Positions 1-11,000 of a DNA stretch of 34,153 nucleotides are shown here, in pieces. The stretch lies in assembly GCA_048213135.1 (NCBI GenBank), contig PS015042.1, forward strand, positions 18,786 through 52,938, given 5' to 3'. The notes under the pieces were generated by a model. That model was not told where the DNA came from. It did not search any database and worked only from the letters and a program-made list of their open reading frames with translations. This DNA is from Reclinomonas americana ATCC 50394 (taxonomy: Eukaryota). The position numbers were made by a program, and so were the translations under genes. Within the stretch, counting starts at the first letter, position 1. Every line of letters begins with the position of its first letter.

Positions 1-420
1 TGCCGAGGGGGAGGAGCTTGCGGTTGGGCGCGCGGCGGAAGGGGCCAGGCTGGGAGGGGGGTAAGGGGGTAAGAGGGGGAAGGGGTGAGAGGAGGAAGGG
101 AGAAAGAGGGAGAAGGGATAGGGAAAGAGGGAACAGGGAAGAGGGAAAGGGGGGGGGGGAGGAGGGTAAGGGGGAAGAAGGGAAGAGGGGAAGAGGGGGA
201 GAGGGGAAGGGTGGAAGGGGTGAGGGAAATAGGGGAAGAGGGGAAGAGGAAAGTGGCGAAGGGGGTGAAGGGGTGAAGGGGGTGACGGGGGACGGAAAGA
301 GGAGAAGAGTGGAAGAGGGGAAGAGGGAAGTGGCGCAGGGTGTGAAAAAGAGGCAAGTACAAGAATGCAGAGAGAAAGAGGGACGAGGACAAACTGGGGG
401 CACATGAGAGAAGTGGAACT
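1..420. repeat. Purine-rich (G/A) low-complexity tract
   Basis: Almost exclusively G/A (ggaagagggg-type degenerate units); the ORFs here are G/E/R/K low-complexity translations. Confidence 0.8.
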
Positions 421-569
421 GGAAGGGTGAATGATGAGCGGCGAGGGGAGAAAGATCAAGCGCCAAAGGGCGATTCTTCAACTGAAGATTGAGCAGAGAG
501 GGATGTCAACAATACTTGACAAAGAGCAGCGGATGACAAGAAAAGTGAACAGACATCAAGAAAGAGGAC

Positions 570-728
570 AGCAACAACAGCAACGACGACGGCGCAACGA
601 CAACTACGACGACACGACGACGAGAGCAGCAGAAGTATGGGAACAACAACATCGAAGCAACAGCACAACAAAAAACAACAACAACGACAACAACAACAAC
701 AACAACAGCAACAGCAACAACAGCAGCA
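570..728. repeat. (CAA/CAG/CGA)n trinucleotide microsatellite region
   Basis: caacaacaacaacaacagcaacagcaacaacagcag and acgacgacg runs. Confidence 0.85.
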
Positions 729-844
729 TGCTCAAAAGAGAAGCATGGAACACAAGGAGGAAGAATGCATGAGAAAGAGAAGAAGAAAGACGGTCTTTGA
801 CGAATGCAAGCCAATCGTAGTCAGACTCTCATTTCGACGCACAA

Positions 845-3800
845 TTATCTCAGCATCCGACGACGACCGAGGAACTCTCGGCGGTAACTGCACTCCACCT
901 GCACCTGCACAGCATCTGCAATCAGCACCGAGCCTCAAAGGCACGACGACAGCCAAACTCGCCCACAAACCCTCATTCAATCGCGCTGTCCCCTGATTGC
1001 CCCACACATTGATGGTGGTGGTCTCCGGCAGGGCACGCGCCATGGGATCCCGTGGCGGCTGTGGACCACGCGGGGTGATGCGCCTCTTGCTGTTCTGTCT
1101 CCTCCTTCCGCTGCCCTCGGGTGGCGTGCGCACAACACCAAACTCGTCGGTGAGCCCTCCCGCCGCGGCTGCGCAGCACGCTGATGATCAGCATCTCCCT
1201 TCAACAAAGACTTCAACATTCAGCAGACACGCAACAAGCCGGGCGCCACACTGGATGCATGGCGGACGTTGCACGACTATGCACAACAGGTACTGGTTCG
1301 GGGACCAGACGACTGAGCAGCTCACGCATCTCGGCCACAATTGGCTCGAGCACCTCCAGTCGCTCCGCTTGCTCGTCGCCCTCGGTGGCATTCAGTGTGG
1401 CCCAGCAATTGCGTTCCATGTCGGTCAGCGCCTCGTTCCACAACGCCTCGAGCTCGTCGTCGTCGTCCAGCTCGCGTGGCAACGAGCTGCCATTGTGTTG
1501 CACGGAGTTGTCACGCAGCTGCGCGAGTCGTTCCACCTCCAGATTGCACTGCACGCAGAAATCGGCAAACTGCTCCATTCGCCGACCCAGGTCGCTCAGG
1601 TCCATGTCGCCCCCGCTGACAACGCCACTGTACCGCGTGTCGAGGCTCATGCCGTCCGGCAGCATCGACTCGAACGGCTCGGCGCGCCTCTTGAGCGAGC
1701 GATCCAGTAGGAGACCGCGAAAGAGTCGCCCGCGGAGCGAGTGCGGGACGGCGCTCCAGATGCGCGTGCCTTGCTCGCCATTGTCTGGCGAGAGGAGGGT
1801 GAGGAGAAGGAGGACAAGGGAGGGGAGGGAAAGAGTGACAAAGTACCTGTCGACAACTCCACGCGCCCCATGTCTGTAAACTCGGCCTTGGTGTGATGCA
1901 CGTCCAAGAGCACCGGTTGGGCGGCCGTGTACACGTCGTGCGTGATGAGAATTTGGCCACCGTTGGCAGCCGCCGCCATCAGCGACACGTCGCGCACAAT
2001 CGGCCCATAATAGTACACGCGATTGGTCATGGCTGGATCCAGGAACCTGCGTGTGCACATACAAGGTCAGGCAGCCAGCGCGTGCAGACGAGTGCGGTGT
2101 GAGTAGGCACTGACCATAGTGGCTCGCCATTGAGCACCGACATGCGCACGCGCACGCCGTGGAAGAGGAGTCGGTCGTCCGCCGATCTGTGGTGTGCGTT
2201 GGTGAGCGGGAGAACAACAGGAGCAGCGAGGAGAGAGGCACGCACTTGAGTGCCTGGAAGCACGGGGCCTGCTCGTCGAGGTCGGCTGGCCAGTCCACAC
2301 GCAAAAGTTGCTCTTGCGCGCGCAGGCAAAAGAGGACGGCGTCGGTGGGGCGACTGGCCACCAGCAGCATGCGGTTGCCCTTGGAATGGACCTCCACGCA
2401 GGAGTGCTACGACGAGGGAAAGGGGGAAATGAGGAGAAGGAGTGGAGAGAGAGGGGGGAGGGGGGAGAGGGGAGAGGGAGAGGGAGGACAAGGGGGAGGA
2501 AGGAGAAGAGACAGACAGAGAAAGAGAGAGGGAGCAAATGTTGCAAGAAGAGAACGAGAAGAACAACAAGAAAGAAAAGAAAAGCAAAAGACAATATGAA
2601 ACAAGGCGCACAGCGACAGCCGGAGAGAGAGAAAGAGAAACGCGCGAGAGAAGAGGGACGTATGAAAACGCTGCCGTACCGTAACGCAAAGAGAGTGAGC
2701 AAGAGAATGCGAACAATTCATGGGACTGAGGAACGCAACATGTGTGACGAGAGACAGAAGGAGTGAGACAGAGACAGAGACAGAGACAGAAAGGGGGCGA
2801 ATGATGCAAGAGGAAGAACAACAGCAAGAAAACGTATAGCAGGAAAGATGAGAAGGAAACAAGGCAAGCAGCGACAGCAGGAGTGAGAGAAAGAGAAACG
2901 CGCAATAGAAGAGGGACGTGTAATACCATAGCTGCATTACAAGGAGAGTGAGCAACAGAATGCGAACAATTGATGGGACGACAGAGGAAAAAGGAGAAAG
3001 CGAGAGGGTGAGAAGGACACGCGAGTGTAGCACAAAGTGTGAGACAGTTGGAGTGCTGAGAAAAGCATTGAAAGGAATCACGAGAAGGAAAGGAGCACAG
3101 GACAACAACTTGAGTGACAGAGAATGAAACATCTTGAGAGAGAATCGCCGTTGAAATCTTCGAGAAGCACCGAGACGGTAGAGAGGACGCGATAAACACC
3201 GCCGTGAATCAAAGAGAATGAAAGAGGGAAGTCATACGCTCCAAGAATGAGAGAGAAGGCAGTCGCTTGCACCACATTGACAAACATACCGCATGCGCCA
3301 CTTGTCGTAGGCACGAGTACAACAGACGGAGGCACGTCACCGCCAGAAGAGGCGAGGTCTCCCACAGTTTCTTGATGCCCTCGGCCTCTGCAAGCGACAT
3401 GCGTGAGGCAGCGAAAGGAGACTAAGCTCACATTGATAAACACACCAGTGGCAATCAGTGTCACCGGCACGCCGGCGGGCGGCATGCGAGCCTTGTCGCG
3501 CAGACGGCACACAAAGTAGGACATTTCGTCGGCCAGGTGGCACTGCAGGTAGCGGTAGAGGGCGTTGAATTTGGTGTGCCAGGCGCTGCTGTGAGTGGCC
3601 AGCTTGCGGCGGAGGGTGGTGTTCACTGCGAAGGTGGGGAAAGGAGGAGGAGGAGAAGGAGAAGAGGAGAAGGAAATGAGCACGAACAAACAAAGAAGAA
3701 CAGCAGAAGAAGGCAAGAATAAGGAGAGCAATTGAAAGCAGAGGAAAGAAGGCAACACAGGATCCAGCTATTGTAAGGAAGAGAAGAATATATGCACAAC

Positions 3801-6076
3801 CAAGTGGGAACGGCAATACAAGGAAGAGAGCGCGGCCCGGCGAAAGAAGCGAACTCTAGTATGTTCAAGCGAGCACGAATCAACATAAAGACAGGAGAAC
3901 GAGGAAGTAGGAGGAACCCAGCAAAGGGCGAAAGAAGACCATTTGCACAATGATGCGTGCAAGCGGGAAATGGCCGCCAGGAGAGGTAGAGAGCTCTTGC
4001 ACAATCGCATGCGCACAAGAACCATAAAACACAGCACGAGAGTGTGGAGAGAGCAGGGCCCCGCCGAGAGAGAAAGAGAACCACTCTCGCCCCACCACCA
4101 CCACCTGCCTTTCTCTGTGGTCTCCAGCTCCCGCTCCAGCTGCCGAATCTGCATTTTGAGTTCCTGCAGCTGCATGGCCCCCGTAACCTGTTTGCGAATG
4201 GCGCTGTCCTGCTCCTCGCGCCACCCTTCCACATCGCCCCACTCCTCCGTCTTGAATTCGGTGAGCTCGCCGATATCCACGTCAAGGTACGACAGCGTCT
4301 TGCGCAGCAGCACATTGTCCTTGAGCAGCGAGTCACGCATAATCTCCACCGCGCGCGAGTTGTACTGGAGGCGTGCGTCTCTGCGTGCCAACTCCTCCTC
4401 CAGCGCTCGATTGCGCATCTCCAGTTGCTGCCAAAGACGAGATTACACAATGAGTCACGGCTTGCATGAGGAGCGTGATGAGAGAAAGCAGACCATGACT
4501 TGCGCTCGCAGTGACACCAGTTGTGGCGAGAGCGACGACGACATGGCCTCGGAGATGGGACTGCACGCGCGACTGACGGTGGCCGGAGGTGGCGTGTCGT
4601 CAAAGGTTGGCGGCTGCAGCGGTGTGGGCGATTGTGGGCTGGCGATGCAGGGAGTGTGTGCGGATTGTGGGTTGCTGGTGACGTCGCCACCAGTGGCGGA
4701 TTCGGCGTGGTGGCCGAGGAAGGGCCAGCCCGCTGTGGGGGAGAAGAGGAGAAGGGATGAGGCACAAGGAAAAGGATGGGAGAGAGAGAGAGAGAGAGAG
4801 TGAGGGTGATGAGGGAGGGAGGGAGGGAGGAGAACGGCAGAAAGGGATAGGTGCTTCACGAGAGGAATGGAGGAGAGGATGGCTGAATGGTGTGGGGACA
4901 AGGAGAGAGAATGAAAGAGAAAGAGATGAGGGAGGGAGGGAGGGAGGAGAAAGAGATGAGAGAGGAGAAGATAGAATGAAATCTTCGGGCAGACGCCTAC
5001 TGATCTGAAGAAGGGAGAGGGCGGATGCATGGCGCGGGGGCCGGACGAGAGGAGTGAGTGAGTGAGTGAGTGTGAGTGAGTGTGAGTGTGAGTGTGTGTG
5101 TGTGCGTGGTGTGTGAGAGAGAGAAAAGGGAAAAAAGAGAGGACGGTGGAGAAAGGCAGAAGGAACGGCTGGAAGCAAGTCGCCTTATGAGAGGATGCAT
5201 GAATGACGCGAGAACAAGTGCAGAGAAAGGAAGAGAAAGAGAACTCGGAGCGAGGGAGGGAGGGAAAGAGCACGAGTGAGAGAAAGAATGAGAGCACACA
5301 GCAGAGAAGCAAGAGGTGAGAGAGTAGTCTTGTCGATGGGAAGCAGCAGACTAAGATGGAGACAAACGAAGCAGGTCCACATGCTTCGAGCACAACACCT
5401 CGATAAACGGCTGATAAACGATGCAATCTCCATCTGCGCGCAGCTATCACAACGACAAAGCAAAATGGTGCACAGACACTCATCGTACACAGAAGACGCG
5501 ATGTACAAAGCTTGCAAAACGAAGAGAGAAACAAAAAAGAGAGATGATCGGACATATTGCGATCAATGCAATCGGACATGCGCGAAGGAGGAAGATCAAG
5601 GGCGAGTGAGAGAGAACAAGGGAAGGAAGAAAGGAGAGAAGGGAAGTGAAGGGGGGAGGGCGAGAAGCAGAGGAGCGATCTGTGTGAGAAACGGAACAGA
5701 GAATGGGAGTGTGTGTGAGACAGTGTGTGTGAGAGAGAGAGAGAGAGAGAGTGAGTGAGTGAGTGAGTGAGTGAATGAGTGAGAGAGAGAGAGAGAGAGT
5801 GTGTGTGAGAGAGCGAAGAGAGAGCGAGAGAGTGTCCAAGTGTGTGCAAAGATATCGAGCCTCCATTCTTCTCTCTCTCTTCTCTCTCTTCTCTCTCTCA
5901 CCTGCGCCCGCGGGCAACAACGGCGAAAACACGGCCTTTTCTCTGCGATCCGACTGCGCAGTAATGGTGCTTCTCTCTTCATCGTCGCCTTCTTCCTCGT
6001 CAGAGTCGGTGCACGAGGCGCCAATGGAGGCGTCCTGTGAGGCGCTGCGTGCGTGTGGAGAGAGGAGGAGACTCAT
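845..6076 (-). CDS. Multi-exon coiled-coil protein with a degenerate class III adenylate/guanylate cyclase domain (fungal/trypanosomal AC-like); 3' exons uncertain
   Basis: Manual splicing gives: exon 1 MSLLLSPHARS...AGA (6076-~5902); a Ser/Pro-rich exon (~4734-4496); a coiled-coil exon LEMRNRALEEELARR...LERELETTEK (~4427-4107); then VTLIAT|EAEGIKKLWE (3446|3387), HSCVEVHSKGNRMLLVA (from 2406), LFHGVRVRMSVLNGEP and DPAMTNRVYYYGPIVRDVSLMAAAANGGQILIT. These align with the AC motifs VFTDIxxSTxLWE / YEVKTEGDAF / GLxVRMGIHxG / DYxGPxVNxAARV / GGQI. Splice phases are compatible through the domain. The stop at 845 is a tentative reconstruction. Confidence 0.8.
2598..2980. repeat. Degenerate ~130-bp direct repeat (2 copies) in an intron
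   Basis: acaaggc..cagcgacagc..gagaaagagaaacgcgc..agaagagggacgt...gagagtgagcaa.agaatgcgaacaatt.atgggac occurs at ~2600-2726 and ~2859-2979. Confidence 0.75.
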
Positions 6077-6940
6077 GGTCTCTGAGAGAGAAGGAGGGAG
6101 GGAGAGAGAGAGAGAGGCAAGGGAGTCAGTGCTCTCAGAATTGCGAACTTCGTGTGTCCTGAGAGCTTGAGTGTGTTTTTGGTGAGTGTTTGGTGAGTGT
6201 CTGGTGTGTGTTTAGTGTGCCTATGTGTGGGGATTCGTCAGTGTTTGTGCTTGTGAGGCGCAGAGACTGTTCATGTGATTTTGTGTGACGTTTGTTCGAA
6301 GTTCTGTCTATGTGTGTGATTTGGTGTGTGTTTGGTGAGTGTTTAGTGTGCCTGTGTGTGGGGATTCGTCAGTGTGTGTTGCTTGTGAGGCGCAGAGACT
6401 ATGTCATGAGTATTTGTGTCTTTGTTGGTGCACGAGGCGCCAATGGAGGCGTCTTGTGAGGCGCTGCGTGCGAGTGGAGAGAGGAGACTCATGGTCTCTG
6501 AGAGAGGTGGAGAGGGAGAGGCAAGGGAGTAAGTGCGCTCAACGAAAGAGTGATTGCGAACGTCGCGTGTCCTGACAGTGTTTGTGTGTTCTTTTGGTGT
6601 GCGTTTGGTGAGTGTTTGGTGTGTGTTTGGTGTGTGTTTTGTGTGCCTGTGTGTGGGGATTCGTGAGTGTGTGTTGCTTGTGAGTGCTTCTCGCTTGTTT
6701 AGTGTGATTTGTGCATTTGTAAAGTTCTGTCTATGTGAGTGTTTCGTGTGTGTTTGGTGTGTGTTTGGTGTGTCTGTGTGTGGAGATTCATCAGCGTGTG
6801 TTGTTTGTGCTTCTCGCTTGTTTAGTGTGATCTGCGTGCATCTGTACGAAGTTCTGTCTTTGTGAGTGTTTCGTGTGTGTTTGGTGAGTGTTTGGTGTGT
6901 GTTTTGTGTGGGGATTCGTCAGCGTGTGTTGATTGTGAGT
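6008..6940. repeat. ~420-bp tandem duplication covering the first-exon start of gene 1, plus nested ~120-130-bp TG-rich tandem repeats
   Basis: ggtgcacgaggcgccaatggaggcgtc.tgtgaggcgctgcgtgcg.gtggagagagg...agactcatggtctctgagagag at 6008 and 6427; a gtgtgtggggattcgtcag-type unit recurs at ~6225, 6355, 6650, 6778 and 6905. Confidence 0.85.
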
Positions 6941-6999
6941 GCTTTTGGCTTGTTTGGTTTGGTGTTCTGATTGATTTGCGTGTGTTTCAGTGTGTTCTT

Positions 7000-7978
7000 A
7001 TGGAGCAGGCGCTGCAGTATGTGCGAGAGGTGCCGGTGCATCGGCAGAGGATTATCAAGGCGGAGAGAGAGGTTTGGAGGAGAAGAAGACAGGGAACGCT
7101 TGTCTCTGCCGCTTTCGTATGCCACGAAGGCAGGGAATGCACGATCGAGGCGCAAACAGACGTGTTCTCCCTCTCCTGACACAGGGAGACACAAACGTCT
7201 TCCATGCTGCCCTTCTGTTCCTCGGAAACAGGCTTCTCCACTCCTCCCTCCCTCTTCCTGTGTGGACCTTGGGACCTCATTGTGGGAGACGCAGCGTATG
7301 GCCACTCGCACTCATTCGTCTTCATTCTTTGTCTCTTTCGATTCCACGAACAACGTGGGAGACACAGGTCCTTCTCCCTGCTGTCTCCTTGGTGTCCCTC
7401 GGAGACAGGCTTCTTTCATTCTGCTCTCTCTCCCGCCTTCCGTTAACTTGGGGAGACGTTGTGTGTGGCCGCTGACACTCCTCGTAGTTCTTTCTTTCGT
7501 CTCTTTTCGGTTCCATGGAAACTGAGAGATGCAGAGCCTTCACCGAGCTCTGTTTCTCCGAGACAGGCTTCCTTCGCTCTCTCTCATTGTCTCATTTCAT
7601 CTTGCTCTTCTCTCTTTTGCTTATGGAAACGGGTCAACATGCAGCATGTTTCCTCCACTTCTCCCTCTCCTTCTCCCCCCTCCCTCACCATTCTACCTCT
7701 CCCAGATCGCCACGGTGAACGCGGAAATCGCCGAGCTGCGACAAGTCGGAGCGCGACGGGTGAGTCTTCCCTCCACCCTCCTCCTCTTCCCACCCACCCA
7801 CCCACCCTCACCCTCTCCTGCCTTCCTGCAGGAGGTCTACGAGAAGCGCGGAGAAATCTTCTTCCTCGCCTCCACACCCTCCTCCTCGCTGCTCGAATCA
7901 CGCGCACAGCGGGTGGACGAGCTGCGCAAGGTGGTCGCCGAGAGCACGCCGCTGGCCAGACCACGGCCCTTCAATTGA
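7000..7978 (+). CDS. Small beta-prefoldin-like protein (ASDURF/PDRG1-like), 90 aa, 3 exons
   Basis: Exons 7000-7071, 7706-7759 and 7832-7978, all joined by phase-0 GT-AG introns: MEQALQYVREVPVHRQRIIKAEREIATVNAEIAELRQVGARREVYEKRGEIFFLASTPSSSLLESRAQRVDELRKVVAESTPLARPRPFN. The helix - VY..xIFFLA hairpin - helix pattern is typical of beta-prefoldins. Confidence 0.7.
7184..7575. repeat. Degenerate tandem repeats in intron 1 of the prefoldin-like gene
   Basis: gggagacac...ctcgga(a/g)acaggcttc recurs at ~7185-7236, ~7357-7413 and partially ~7550-7572. Confidence 0.6.
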
Positions 7979-8033
7979 ATAGCTAACAGTCGTAAAGTTC
8001 ATCCGAATATTTAATGACACTGGCGAGACCTGA

Positions 8034-11000
8034 TCAGAATAAGCGGAAGGCAAAGCTGATGCCCAAAATGATGCCAATGACCACCACAATGGCGATACAC
8101 ACGACGATGGCGATGATGATCATCTTTTTCTGTGGGGGTGGTGAAGGGAACGGGAAGGCGAAGTGAGCATGTATTGATGAGTGCACGCGCCTCGTGCCCC
8201 GTGTCATCTGACAAGACAGTTCGCCCCTTCAAGATGTTACTCTCGCCCTCCTCTATTTACAGTCAACTCTCATCGATGAGAATTGTCTTGCACGCGCCTC
8301 GTGACCCGTACTAACTGACAAGACAGTTCGCCCCTTCAAGATGTTACTCTCGCCCTCCTCTCTTGACAGTTAACCCCCTCCAGTTGGCATCGATGAACAC
8401 TTCCCTCCTCGCCCCTCTATCCCCTGTATCATCCGCCAAGACAATCTCCTCCTCTCATGCGCACTTTTACGCCGCACAACTCGCTCTGTCCTGTACCAAG
8501 TCACTCGCTTTCCACTACTGCACTACCGATATCCAACATCTGCTTACATGGCAATCGACTCGCTTCCGAAACACTACACTGTCTCCCGCACATGATTCCT
8601 CCGCAATCTTCTCCACATCTAAGATGACAAACTACTGTATCTCGCACCCAACAAGTCCTTTCCCGTTCGTCACACAAACGATTTGAGGAAGTACGACAGC
8701 CCCTCTCCAAATTCCTTCTCCCGTTACCGACTCACCTTATTTGCCTTCTTCTTATACTTGGCGGCCGCCACCAACGCCTTGTAGCCTTGTTCCACATAAT
8801 TCGCAGCCTTGGCTATATTATTGGAGATTTTGTTCACCAGTGCTCCTTGCTGTGCGGCGAGATGAAGAGGTGAGGAACACGGAGAGGAGCAAAAAGGGAA
8901 TGCGCTCGCTGTCGCAACTGTGAACACGAGGTTGCTGAAATCCACCATCAGCTCGTGCAGCTCCTCCAGACTCTGCTCGAGTTGCAGAAGGTCGCGATAC
9001 TTTTCCACCGCCTGTCACAGACCCCTTTCGTAAGAGAGAGCTGCGCTGCATCACCACAGGGACACGCGCCGCGGACAAACCAACTCATACGTCGTTCGAA
9101 TCGTGACGGCCGAAGCAGAGTTGGAGAACAGCATGTCGGCAAACAGATTCGATTGTCCGGCGTTCAAGTACGCCTCGACTTGCTCATTCGAGGCCGTCGG
9201 ATCCGCTGCGAGAAGAATGAGTCCGGAGTCGATTGCCTTGCAGGAGAAGCGCGCGGCATGCTCTCACCGATTTCAATCTCGCCCTTCAGCTTCTGTCGGT
9301 ACTGCATCGCAAACACACTCTCCTGCTCCTGGACCTTGCCGGTGAGGTCGATGAGCCTACGAAAGGGGAAATGAGCGGCTGTGACAAAGGCGTGAGCAGT
9401 GTACAAAACCACGCAACGAGCTCGCCAAAGCTTCGAATTGACTCTGCCGCATACGCTGCTCGCCGCTCCCACCCTTGAATTCCCTGTTCTCGGCCTCGAT
9501 TTTCCGCAGACCTGATTGTGCCTGCCGGATGTTTTCGTTGGTCGAATCGAGGAGCTCTTGCAGCTTCTCGTGAAGTCCTGAAATGAGGAAGGGAGTGAGC
9601 GAATAGGGAAAGGCGAAGGGACTGCATTCCCCGTTCTCGCTGCAACCAGCTTCGTCAATAATTTGCGCTCCTCTCTGATCAACAGCTGCGTTCTCTTCTC
9701 CAACAGAAACTCTTTCCTCTCTTCCACACCACTGCACATACACGCACACTCCTCTCTTTTCCCTCGCTCTCTCTCTCTCTCCTCTCTCTNNNNNNNNNNN
9801 NNNNNNNNNTGTTTTCTCTCCCTTTCTTAATCTCGCACTCACTCTCTCACTCACCAACTCTCTCCCTTTCCCTCTCTCTCAAACACACTCTGCGTTTCTC
9901 TTCCACGGCGCATGGTTCCAAGCTCATCACTACTTCTCTCCTTCCCCTTCTCCCACTCTCCCTCCCTCCCTCTCTATCCGCAACTCTTCACATCGGCCAG
10001 TGACGACGCCGCTACTCTCTCAGTGTGAATTGCCCGCATCTTGTCCAGATTGCTCTCCACCATGGCAAAGTTGCCCTTGATCTGGAAACCAGCACATTTT
10101 GAGCCACGCACCACCAACATCCTTCCTCCCTGCGTACCTGGTTGACTTGCCCGAGGAAATGCTGCCGTGCCTCCAGCGTGGCCGGATCGCGCGAGTATGG
10201 CACACCCTTGTTGTCGCTCGTCTCGCCCGGCTGCAGGTGCTCGTCCATCGGTCCCATCTCAATGTCGCTGACCGACACGGGGTCCTCGCTGGTGAACCCG
10301 CGCCGCTTGACCCTTGGATCCACTCCTGCACCGTCATCGGCGGCGGCCGCTGCTGCAGGACTGGCCGCGGGGGCCGCCGATGGTCGTCGCGTGGCGCGCT
10401 TGGCGGTCTCCCAGCTGCGGGGGCACGAAAGGAGTGAGTGCTGAGAGGGGGAGGAGAGAGGGCGTGGTGCACGAAACGAGCCGCCAGCTGCTGCTGCTGG
10501 TCTTGCGCGTGCTCTCGACGAGGCGGCCGAAGATGCCACGGAGGTGTCGTCGGAGGCGGCGGCCGACGCGGTGGATTTGGTGGAGACGACGGTTTCTGTG
10601 CGGGCAAAGCCGGTGCGTCGGCTTGATTTGCCTTCCCAGGGGGTCTGTGGTGGGTGGGGGGAAGGTAGGGAGGAAAGGGAGGGAGGGAGGGCGGGAGGAA
10701 AGAGGAATGGAGGGGTGTGAACGAGACTGGGGAGATGAAGAACGCAGGAAGTGCGCAGAAGGGATGATCATGACTCTACGATGCCAAAGGAAGCGAAGAA
10801 CGAAGAGTGCGCGATCGCAGATCAGGAGCTCTGCCTGAAGCAACATCAGCACTCGTGCTTGTGCCACCAATGGCGGAGGTGTTGCGGCTTCAGGGAAAGG
10901 ATGAGCACTTGCTTGTGTCTGCATAATTCTATGAAGAGGAACAGAAGAGCTGAGGGGGCGAGCGCACGCTGGGAGCTCTGCTTGAAAGACAACATCAGCA

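Noticed and set aside
637-996. Plus-strand poly-Q / poly-N ORFs
   Set aside because: These are translations of a CAA/CAG microsatellite with no other coding support.
2027-6200. Long S/L/F- or E/R-rich ORFs (390 aa, 464 aa, etc.)
   Set aside because: These are stop-poor frames through CT/GA-rich introns or antisense shadows of real exons.
6170-6940. Regularly spaced repeats resembling a CRISPR array
   Set aside because: The units are degenerate tandem copies with no unique spacers, the context is eukaryotic, and there are no cas genes.
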